Part shown: positions 35,946-42,865 of the stretch, one piece after another
Numbering within the stretch: the stretch's first letter is position 1
How the letters are laid out: the number at the start of each line of letters is the position of its first letter
Source of the DNA: Escherichia phage ZCEC5
DNA: 43,372 nt
Strand: one strand, 5' to 3'
Sequence record: NC_073321.1
Notes under the pieces: model-generated
Told to the model about the DNA's origin: nothing
The model's database searches: none
Seen by the model: the letters and a program-made list of their open reading frames with translations, nothing else
Program-made: the position numbers and the translations under genes

Positions 35946-35975
35946 CTTTTCTGAAATAATTAATATGGTACTATT
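35946..35975 (+). promoter_or_regulatory. Candidate promoter/operator for the Cro-like gene
   Basis: -10 TACTAT at 35969-35974 inside imperfect palindrome AATATGGTACTATT; weak -35. Confidence 0.35.
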
Positions 35976-36005
35976 CACATATCAACTGACTAAGGAGTAA
36001 TTGAC

Positions 36006-36221
36006 ATGCAACCATCTGAACTAGGCATCCGTGTAGAACAACGCCGTAAAGAACTCGGCATCTCCCAGCGCCGTCTGGCTGTCCTGACCGGAGTTTCCCA
36101 GGGCGCGATTAACCAGCTTGCGCTCGGAGTAACTCAGGACGTCCGCCCGGCGACGCTGTTTAAACTGGCGGAAGTGCTTGAAGTAGACGCCAAGTGGCTG
36201 GCGTTAGGTGAAGGGGCTTAA
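36006..36221 (+). CDS. HTH XRE-family (Cro/C1-type) transcriptional regulator
   Basis: 71 aa; LGISQRRLAVLTGVSQGAINQL helix-turn-helix; strong RBS AAGGAG. Confidence 0.75.
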   Translation: MQPSELGIRVEQRRKELGISQRRLAVLTGVSQGAINQLALGVTQDVRPATLFKLAEVLEVDAKWLALGEGA

Positions 36222-36237
36222 CGCCCCTTTCTTTTTA
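36211..36237 (+). terminator. Intrinsic terminator of the Cro-like gene
   Basis: AAGGGGC-TTAAC-GCCCCTT followed by TCTTTTT; overlaps the stop codon. Confidence 0.55.
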
Positions 36238-36238
36238 C

Positions 36239-38479
36239 CTACTCCAAATCCTCCTCTGTCACCACCAGCATTTCATTTGGTTCGTATATTGTCTTCGGTC
36301 TTAATCTGTCGCCCATCTTTTCCGGTATCCGGTATGTGCCTGGTATAACTTCACCGTTAACATCGCACCCAAGCATCAACTCCCCGTCTTTCAGCATCTT
36401 CTCAAGATGGTGGTTGGTGATGGCGTGGTCGCCCGAGTTCGCCACTATCTGCCGTTGGGTAAAACCTCGTCCGGTGTCGTCAGACTGTTGCAGGTCTTCC
36501 AGCGCGGCGAGTATTGATTCCTTACGCCCTTCATCCTTCCCACGTTTTACAGCATTCTTTACGTTTTCTTTACCTTCCTTTGTCAGCCCTTCTTCCCGCT
36601 CTTTCTCTTCGTCGGTCTTGAACGGCTCGAATCCCCACGGCATCAGCACAAGTGCCTTATGCGGCTCAGGAAGGTCCAGGTTTACGATTGTGCCGTACTC
36701 CTCTGTGCTACCCAGGAACTCAACCGCACGGTACTCTTTCGGCGGCGGGGCTTCACGGAACTGTACAGACTCGAGCACCATGCCAACCGTTTTCTGCTGA
36801 GGCCCGTGCTTAAATTTAGAGTGGTATACGTTTATTTGACGGTCGGTTGCACGTTCAATCGTCAGTTCCACGTCGACACCCGCATACAAGGCCCCGCTAC
36901 CACGGGCTTTCTTGCCACCCTTCGGCGTATGGTGGACAACACCTACTGCGGCTTTAGTTGCATCACGTACTTCTTTCAGGATGGCGATAACTTTACCCAT
37001 ACCGATTGCCGTTGATGAACTGTTCTCGTCGAACTTATCAATCGTCAGGGCCAGCGTCTGGTTAAGGGTGTCAAACGCGACCATGCCAATAGGTTCATCC
37101 CCTGCGGTTTCGCGCATTAGCTTAATCAGGCTTTTCAGTTTGCCGACGTCGCCCATATCGATTACATGTACATAATCTTTACCTTCCTCACCGTATTTAG
37201 CCGCGAGTGCATCGATACGTGTGCGTGTGGCCGCACCACCTTCACCGTCGATATAGAAGTGATGGCAACGCTGGGTGTCAGCCCCCGCAAACCGGTATCC
37301 TGCGGCGCTCAGGTACATCATCCCCAGCGTATAGAATGATTTGTACGTACCAGATTCACCGACAATATCCCAGATGCAGTCTGACGGCATGTAACCTTCA
37401 ACGACGAAATCAGCCTTTACCGGTTCTGGTAACTCGTCCTCCTCTGAGTCCTCGTCGTCTTCCAGGTCGTCGAGGCTGCATGAAACGGATTCACGTGCAC
37501 CCCAGCCGATTGCCTCAGCGACTTCACTGAACGGTAGCCCGGTCGCATCACACGCATACTTCCACACCTCCTTCGGCGACATGCCTTCGGTCGCCGTAAT
37601 GTCGGTGTCGTGAATCATGGTTACGTTAGGGGCTTCGTACCCCTCGCGTGGGAAGCACAGCAGGAAGTCGTCCGGGCGCGGGGTAGGGTCGCTGTAGTTT
37701 TCTGCGTGTTCTGGTGTAGCTGGCATCTTAAGGCCACGCGGCGTCATGATACCGCCGTACTCGAAAGCCAGTGCCTCGAACGCATCAGTAAACGCGGTGC
37801 GCAGTTCTTCTGGTATCTGGTAATCAGATGCGCTGCTCACCTCGTAATCCGGGATGTCTTCTAGCAGTTCCTCCGGGTCAATCAGGTCGTTGCGTCGTGA
37901 CCAGATAACCTGAGAGCCAACAGGCGGCAGATACATCGGCTGCGACAGAGTGAACCCGCTGCGGTCCGCACCCATGCCTTTGAAGAAGTGCTCAAGCAAG
38001 CCATGACGAACACGGATGATGTCACCGCCTTCAACCGGACGGCCCAGCGGCATAACGACGCGAAAGCGTGGGGACTCATCGGTATGTGACGCCGTGGTGT
38101 AAAGGCACATAGCCCTGCGGCTGCGCTTAACCAGGCGCACCGCTTCCTGATACTCTTCCGGCGTCGCACTGTCGAAGTCCAGATACGCCAGCGACGATTT
38201 GCTTACAGACGCATCGCAGCGGTAGAAGAAGCCTTTACGTGCTTGCTTAAAGTCTCCCGTTTCTGGGTCTTTTACGGTGCTGCGCGTAGCGTCACACGCG
38301 GCAGTGATATAGCCAGGCGCGGTCTTCGGGTTAATTCCGTCACGAACAACATCGAGCGGCTGGATTAAATCTTTCAGGTCGTCCAGTGTTGCCGTGTGTG
38401 TGGTTCTGACGTTTATATCCTTTTTCTCTGCCCGCGCGTTGCGACGGGACCACGAGTAGGATAAAATTACATCGGACAT
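36239..38479 (-). CDS. DNA primase / helicase (N-terminal primase-like domain fused to RecA-like ATPase)
   Basis: Walker A GESGTYKS and Walker B MVAFDTL in C-terminal half; 746 aa; replication-module context. Confidence 0.65.
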   Translation of the reverse strand: MSDVILSYSWSRRNARAEKKDINVRTTHTATLDDLKDLIQPLDVVRDGINPKTAPGYITAACDATRSTVKDPETGDFKQARKGFFYRCDASVSKSSLAYLDFDSATPEEYQEAVRLVKRSRRAMCLYTTASHTDESPRFRVVMPLGRPVEGGDIIRVRHGLLEHFFKGMGADRSGFTLSQPMYLPPVGSQVIWSRRNDLIDPEELLEDIPDYEVSSASDYQIPEELRTAFTDAFEALAFEYGGIMTPRGLKMPATPEHAENYSDPTPRPDDFLLCFPREGYEAPNVTMIHDTDITATEGMSPKEVWKYACDATGLPFSEVAEAIGWGARESVSCSLDDLEDDEDSEEDELPEPVKADFVVEGYMPSDCIWDIVGESGTYKSFYTLGMMYLSAAGYRFAGADTQRCHHFYIDGEGGAATRTRIDALAAKYGEEGKDYVHVIDMGDVGKLKSLIKLMRETAGDEPIGMVAFDTLNQTLALTIDKFDENSSSTAIGMGKVIAILKEVRDATKAAVGVVHHTPKGGKKARGSGALYAGVDVELTIERATDRQINVYHSKFKHGPQQKTVGMVLESVQFREAPPPKEYRAVEFLGSTEEYGTIVNLDLPEPHKALVLMPWGFEPFKTDEEKEREEGLTKEGKENVKNAVKRGKDEGRKESILAALEDLQQSDDTGRGFTQRQIVANSGDHAITNHHLEKMLKDGELMLGCDVNGEVIPGTYRIPEKMGDRLRPKTIYEPNEMLVVTEEDLE

Positions 38480-38537
38480 GTTGTATTTCCTTCAGCAAGT
38501 AATTTAGCCTCGGCGTTCACCGCGTCGGGGCTTTCTT

Positions 38538-38771
38538 TTATTCCAGGTCTTCTAAAGTAGCGGTCATTCCGCGAACTTCAGCAACAGCACTATATTTCCC
38601 GCCAACATTTTTCACGACACCAGATTTAACCAGCACTTTCAACGACCCTTCAATAATGGCTGAACTATAGTACTTAAAATAACTACGGCGCAAGTCGATA
38701 ACGCTGCACGACCCTTTTTTACGTGTTAACGAAACTACCGCCGTAAATACGCGTGACTGGAACTCGGTCAT
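38538..38771 (-). CDS. Hypothetical protein (77 aa) with C-terminal TLEDLE tail
   Basis: ATGA-coupled; C-terminus resembles those of the primase and DUF2800 proteins. Confidence 0.45.
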   Translation of the reverse strand: MTEFQSRVFTAVVSLTRKKGSCSVIDLRRSYFKYYSSAIIEGSLKVLVKSGVVKNVGGKYSAVAEVRGMTATLEDLE

Positions 38772-38938
38772 TTAACGTTCTCCTTAATCCACGCTTCCAC
38801 TTTCTCCGGGTCAAACGTACCAGGCTGCCGGCGGCCCATAATGCGGATACAACAATCTGGGAACTTCCCGCTCTTTAACCAGTTATTCAGTGTGCGACGA
38901 GTAACCCCGATACGCTCGGCTACCTCATTCTGCGTCAT
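38768..38938 (-). CDS. Small HTH DNA-binding protein (AlpA/excisionase-like)
   Basis: MTQNEVAERIGVTRRTLNNWLKSGKFP; ATG 38938 with RBS AAGGAG (ORF-track frame 38768..39016). Confidence 0.5.
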   Translation of the reverse strand: MTQNEVAERIGVTRRTLNNWLKSGKFPDCCIRIMGRRQPGTFDPEKVEAWIKENVK

Positions 38939-39077
38939 CTTTAATCTCCTTAATTGTTTCCCATGCGAACGCTGTAGCTGTGCCGTATTTATTAGGGCAG
39001 TATCTGCTCTCGCCATGTCCGTTAAACCACGCTTCTATCAGCAACTCTTTCAACTGTTCTTCTGTCAAAGTAACCAT
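38925..39077 (-). CDS. Hypothetical small protein (50 aa), first gene of leftward early operon
   Basis: ATG 39077 with RBS GAGGG; the ORF-track TTG start at 39110 overlaps the -10 hexamer. Confidence 0.4.
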   Translation of the reverse strand: MVTLTEEQLKELLIEAWFNGHGESRYCPNKYGTATAFAWETIKEIKDDAE

Positions 39078-39109
39078 TCTCAAACCCTCATTATCAGTTA
39101 ACGGAGACA

Positions 39110-39138
39110 AGTATACATTGCGAATAATGGGAAATCAA
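39110..39138 (-). promoter_or_regulatory. Leftward early promoter TTGATT-17-TATACT
   Basis: -10 TATACT at 39115-39110, -35 TTGATT at 39138-39133. Confidence 0.45.
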
Positions 39139-39153
39139 ACATAATCGCACCTA

Positions 39154-39182
39154 TTGACATTATGAAAATCTTCGTTTAAGGT
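39154..39182 (+). promoter_or_regulatory. Rightward candidate promoter TTGACA-17-TAAGGT
   Basis: Consensus -35; -10 similar to the 8461 hexamer; divergent from the leftward promoter. Confidence 0.3.
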
Positions 39183-39188
39183 GCTTCT

Positions 39189-39443
39189 ATATCTTAGTTA
39201 CTTTGATTCCTGTTCACCTTGTAAGAATGTTTAACCCGTGCGTCAAGCAAAGGGTTAAACACAGGCTTACTGAACATAAGAATTATAGTAACTTTCCTTC
39301 CTTAGTATCTCCAGTTGCCATGGGCAAGCTCTATTCTCATCGGCAGCATATCTCTTAAGTATCTGATTTTCTTAATGTGCCGTAGATTCGCAACCGTAAA
39401 AATGTAACGATTATTGGGCAGGCTTAAGGCCTGCCCTTTAGTT
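39189..39443 (+). ncRNA. Candidate ~250-nt noncoding RNA in the divergent control region
   Basis: No ORF; contains 9-bp perfect inverted repeat GTTTAACCC-N14-GGGTTAAAC (39229-39260); ends at an intrinsic terminator. Confidence 0.2.
39416..39443 (+). terminator. Intrinsic terminator in noncoding region
   Basis: GGGCAGGC-TTAAG-GCCTGCCC followed by TTTAGTT. Confidence 0.5.
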
Positions 39444-39508
39444 ACCAAGTAATAAGAATAAAGGCACAACCTTCCCTAAAGAATCACAACGGCAACGTAA
39501 CTAATCCC

Positions 39509-39537
39509 TTGCACACCCCAACATAATAGGATACTAT
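39509..39537 (+). promoter_or_regulatory. Class B promoter TTGCAC-17-TACTAT with palindrome AATAGGATACTATT
   Basis: CTTGCACACCCCAACATAATAGGATACTATTCA, near-identical to the 8339 and 16923 promoters. Confidence 0.55.
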
Positions 39538-39571
39538 TCACTTATCGAAACGAGACAGAGGAGTGAGAGTT

Positions 39572-40018
39572 ATGTTTAAGAAGGGTCAGTTGGTGAAAAC
39601 GAAACGCAGCGGACAATACGTATTAGTGTTGCGGGATGAGAACGAGCACGACAAGGATAATATAGTCGCCATATGGAGTCTGGTAAGAAAGAAAAATGGG
39701 TATACCTCACGTGATAATCTGAAACTCATCGGCAACAATTTTAAATTCAAAGGGGGCGGAGTGATGGAAGAATTAATTTGTATTGAATCCAGCCAGGATG
39801 TGCAGGATTGGTTTGTGAAAGGTAACAAATATTCGTCCGGAGTATATTACAACGGCCGTCGATATGTTTTAGACGAAGACGGTGATGAATGGGATTTAAA
39901 TGACGATGTAAGAGAAACTTTAACCGTTAGCAGGGTCAATGCTGTTTCTGCCTCATTCACAACGGCATCGAAACATGATGCTCGCGCCGCCGACTCTGAG
40001 GGAGGTTGCCGTGAATAA
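39572..40018 (+). CDS. Hypothetical protein (148 aa)
   Basis: RBS GAGGAG; first gene after class B promoter. Confidence 0.55.
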   Translation: MFKKGQLVKTKRSGQYVLVLRDENEHDKDNIVAIWSLVRKKNGYTSRDNLKLIGNNFKFKGGGVMEELICIESSQDVQDWFVKGNKYSSGVYYNGRRYVLDEDGDEWDLNDDVRETLTVSRVNAVSASFTTASKHDARAADSEGGCRE

Positions 40019-40235
40019 CATTTTAATTGTGGGGGTTGATATGAGTCCGTATAACGAATTCCGCTTACGCCGTCTTGTCTATGGTCTGCGCGCCGCCGAG
40101 TTTGTAGTTAAATGCCGGGAAAATTCTGAGCGCACCTATAAGGAACCGTGGCGTTTGGCTCATGCTAAGGCGGTAGCACAGTACCGGGGGTACAAGTTAA
40201 ACAGTTTCCTTAGACACCACGGGGTTGAGTTATGA
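40011..40235 (+). CDS. Hypothetical protein (74 aa)
   Basis: GTG start with RBS GAGGGAGG; ORF-track frame 39939..40235. Confidence 0.45.
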   Translation: MNNILIVGVDMSPYNEFRLRRLVYGLRAAEFVVKCRENSERTYKEPWRLAHAKAVAQYRGYKLNSFLRHHGVEL

Positions 40236-40381
40236 GAGAAGAATTCGAACGGTGGGCCGTCGTCGAGGGTCTGCCGGTTAACAAGGGTTCGAAGAAAGAG
40301 TACCTGAACGTTAAGACGCGTCTCGCGTGGCGGGCGTGGAAAGCTGGTGTGCAGTTCCGTGCTGGTGTAACAGGTCAATAG
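40232..40381 (+). CDS. Hypothetical small protein (49 aa)
   Basis: ATGA-coupled; followed by terminator. Confidence 0.4.
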   Translation: MREEFERWAVVEGLPVNKGSKKEYLNVKTRLAWRAWKAGVQFRAGVTGQ

Positions 40382-40404
40382 TTTGGGATTTTACTGAGTG
40401 ACTT

Positions 40405-40440
40405 ACGCTGCTACACAGCAGCGTATCATTTTTCTCATTT
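40405..40440 (+). terminator. Intrinsic terminator
   Basis: ACGCTGCT-ACAC-AGCAGCGT followed by ATCATTTTTCTCATTTTT. Confidence 0.6.
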
Positions 40441-40495
40441 TTGTTCTATTTCACCAAACGCAACAATCGAAGCGACTATTGCAGGAGATGCAACA

Positions 40496-40669
40496 ATGAT
40501 TACTAAAGAACAGGCCGAACAACTAATCACGTTAATTGACACGATGGTTGATATAAAAACCGATTTAGCAACGGCAACAGAGGAATCCGCTACCTGGTCG
40601 CTTGAAGAAAGAGAAGCAGAAGCGGAGCGCGAGCTGATGGCGTTCATCGGTTCTATAACACACCAATAA
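40496..40669 (+). CDS. Hypothetical acidic small protein (57 aa)
   Basis: RBS AGGAG. Confidence 0.4.
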   Translation: MITKEQAEQLITLIDTMVDIKTDLATATEESATWSLEEREAEAERELMAFIGSITHQ

Positions 40670-40676
40670 AATTTAC

Positions 40677-40705
40677 TTGCACACTAAGATAGAATAGGCT
40701 ACTAT
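40677..40705 (+). promoter_or_regulatory. Class B promoter TTGCAC-17-TACTAT with palindrome AATAGGCTACTATT
   Basis: Palindrome identical to the reverse complement of the 8342-8355 copy. Confidence 0.55.
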
Positions 40706-40736
40706 TCATTTACACAAACGAGAGGAGAGACAGAAG

Positions 40737-40856
40737 ATGTATAAGTATCTGACGGTAGAACAACTGGAACAGATTTACGCTGAGTTGCGAGTTTGTTGCG
40801 TATGCACCGGCGACTACAAACTTGTTTACGGCGAACTGGAGGCGGAAGATGAGTGA
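40737..40856 (+). CDS. Hypothetical small Cys-containing protein (39 aa)
   Basis: RBS GAGGAGAG; CCVC motif. Confidence 0.35.
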   Translation: MYKYLTVEQLEQIYAELRVCCVCTGDYKLVYGELEAEDE

Positions 40857-41538
40857 CAAAAACGAAGTATTCGAGTACCTGATTGACTGCATACGGCATC
40901 AGGTAAACAACAACCCGTACAAGCAACAGTGCGAAGACCTGGCGCGTGAGGTGCAGTCACTTAAAAACCAGTTACGTGATGCTTCGGCGCAGATTAAGGA
41001 GCTACACGTGGCGCTGGTCAAAGCTACGGGTGACGCGGGGGCGTACAAACTTGCGCGCAAGGGTGGGTACATTTCTGATGGTCAGCGCTACGTAGTAGGT
41101 GGACACGGGCCTGAGCCATCAGGTTGCCGTAAGGAAGATACGCAGGCCGGGGAATCGTGGGCTGAGTGCGACGGTTACGGCGCGTGCCCAGTACCGGACG
41201 ATACTGTTGTTGATATTAAGTTCCGAAGCGGTGAAGTGGAAAGTAATACCAAAGCGATGTGGTGGAGTTGGGGCACAACGGGAGGGCTATACGATATTGT
41301 TGCGTACCGTGTCGTCAAGCGACAATGTCACAAGGAAGATACCCGGGAATGCGAGCAATCCGGTTGCTGTAAAGAAGATACTCACGAGTGCCACCATAAC
41401 TGGCGATTCGTTAATGGTAAGGCTCCTGTCGTATGTATTAATTGCGGCGTGACTAAATCCAGCGGGTGTGAACACGAATGGCAATTTTACGGAGTCGGGT
41501 TTCCATGTATGTGCATTAAATGCGGGTTAAAGAAATGA
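40849..41538 (+). CDS. Cys-rich protein with three C-x-KEDT repeats (229 aa)
   Basis: GCRKEDTQAGE / QCHKEDTRECE / GCCKEDTHECH repeats plus C-terminal CINCG...CMCIKCG. Confidence 0.55.
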   Translation: MSDKNEVFEYLIDCIRHQVNNNPYKQQCEDLAREVQSLKNQLRDASAQIKELHVALVKATGDAGAYKLARKGGYISDGQRYVVGGHGPEPSGCRKEDTQAGESWAECDGYGACPVPDDTVVDIKFRSGEVESNTKAMWWSWGTTGGLYDIVAYRVVKRQCHKEDTRECEQSGCCKEDTHECHHNWRFVNGKAPVVCINCGVTKSSGCEHEWQFYGVGFPCMCIKCGLKK

Positions 41539-41738
41539 CCAGCATCTTATTTATCTGGGTACTGTCCGCAGGTCAGATGCACCTGGCGGCATCAGAAACG
41601 TTTTATTCTATGGAGGCGTGCCAGTCAGCGGCACGCGCCGCGGAGAACGCGCACTTCCTGTTTCAGGGCGACAAGCCCAACGATTCAGAGGTACGCGCTA
41701 TCTGCTCACCTAAGCGACTTGGCAATCAGGAGAAGTGA
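41535..41738 (+). CDS. Small secreted protein (67 aa) with predicted signal peptide
   Basis: MTSILFIWVLSAGQMHLAASE N-terminus; two Cys in mature part; ATGA-coupled. Confidence 0.45.
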   Translation: MTSILFIWVLSAGQMHLAASETFYSMEACQSAARAAENAHFLFQGDKPNDSEVRAICSPKRLGNQEK

Positions 41739-41923
41739 TTATGGTGCAGAGATATACCTACGACCAGATATTCGGGTTTACTCCCGATGTTGAGGGCGTG
41801 TTAGTGCTTTACGAAGATTACGCGAAACTCGAAGCTGAGTTACAGAAATACAAAGACCAGTTCCCGGATTACGTCGAGTGCGCGAACTGTGGGTCAGTTA
41901 CGCATGTGGAAGGGGTGGAGTGA
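41735..41923 (+). CDS. Hypothetical protein (62 aa)
   Basis: ATGA-coupled; C-terminal CANCGS. Confidence 0.45.
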   Translation: MIMVQRYTYDQIFGFTPDVEGVLVLYEDYAKLEAELQKYKDQFPDYVECANCGSVTHVEGVE

Positions 41924-42216
41924 TGTCGTTAGCAACTGACATCCTGAAACGAAGCGGCCTTTCGCCGCTGTCGCCGAGAGCTAAAACACAGATATACAAG
42001 CGTCGGGGTAACGCGCTGTACCCCGAGATTCAGGCCCGACGCAAAGCTATACGCGCCTGTGGATTCCAGAACGGGAAGGCCGTGAATCTCGGCGAGTTTA
42101 AAACACAGGAACGCGCAGCAATCGCTAATCGGCTATTTAATTACTGGAAATCGCTCGGATACGATGATATTCCGACGAAACCGCAGAGACGACAATACAT
42201 CTGGCGTCACAAATAA
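41923..42216 (+). CDS. Standalone AP2-like DNA-binding protein
   Basis: GKAVNLGEFKTQERAAIANRLF resembles the AP2-like C-termini of the three HNH proteins; no HNH motif. Confidence 0.45.
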   Translation: MSLATDILKRSGLSPLSPRAKTQIYKRRGNALYPEIQARRKAIRACGFQNGKAVNLGEFKTQERAAIANRLFNYWKSLGYDDIPTKPQRRQYIWRHK

Positions 42217-42246
42217 ACAGTTATTAAGATAAATCCTAAGCGTGGT

Positions 42247-42286
42247 ATCCTCCAGTTACTGCATACTTAATACGCACCTGGAGGAT
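42247..42286 (+). promoter_or_regulatory. RNA hairpin sequestering the Shine-Dalgarno of the holin gene
   Basis: 9-bp stem ATCCTCCAG / CTGGAGGAT with 22-nt loop; right arm holds GGAGG 7 nt before the TTG start. Confidence 0.4.
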
Positions 42287-42291
42287 TCATC

Positions 42292-42600
42292 TTGGATAAA
42301 TTTACTGAAACAGTGACAGGCTGGCTCCTCGCCGCCGCACTAGCCGGTGGGGTAATCGGACTACGACAACATAAGTCCGCTATTTCCGGCCCTATCGACG
42401 GATTCTGCTTTATTGCAACCGGCTTCACCTGCGCCGTATTTGGTGCGCCTCTCGCGGCTCAATGGTTCGATATTACTGGTGAGCGTGAAATCGCTGGTCT
42501 GGGATTCATCATCGCTATTCTCTGGATGCCTATTTATTCCCGCCTCTCCGGTATCGTCTCTGGAGAATACATCGCTCGTCGAGGAGGCACAGATGAATGA
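42292..42600 (+). CDS. Holin candidate (class I-like, 3 TM segments)
   Basis: 102 aa, three hydrophobic helices, charged C-terminus; TTG start; adjacent to endolysin across the window junction. Confidence 0.5.
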   Translation: MDKFTETVTGWLLAAALAGGVIGLRQHKSAISGPIDGFCFIATGFTCAVFGAPLAAQWFDITGEREIAGLGFIIAILWMPIYSRLSGIVSGEYIARRGGTDE

Positions 42601-42865
42601 GTTATTCTGGTTCGGTGGTATGCTGGCAATCGGGGGCACATCGCTGTTTAATGTGTATCATCCCAGCGTGGACGACGGATTATTTGGCCGGGTGCTCTAT
42701 ATCCTGACTGCCATCGTCTGTGCCGCCGGATGTATCCACCTGTTACAGGGCAGCATGTCACCTACGTTGCCTGAGACATTAATCACATTAGTTGCGCTGC
42801 GCCAGATTCGCCAGGCGTGGCTATCATACGGAGGACATAAGCGTGTCTCGAAACATTTCAGATAA
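42593..42865 (+). CDS. Second small membrane protein of lysis cassette (holin/antiholin candidate, 2 TM)
   Basis: 90 aa; RBS GAGGAGG; ATGA-coupled; basic C-terminus. Confidence 0.4.
   Translation: MNELFWFGGMLAIGGTSLFNVYHPSVDDGLFGRVLYILTAIVCAAGCIHLLQGSMSPTLPETLITLVALRQIRQAWLSYGGHKRVSKHFR

Noticed and set aside
39108-39110. TTG start for the first leftward early gene
   Set aside because: The codon overlaps the predicted -10 hexamer TATACT; the in-frame ATG at 39077 with RBS GAGGG is more plausible.
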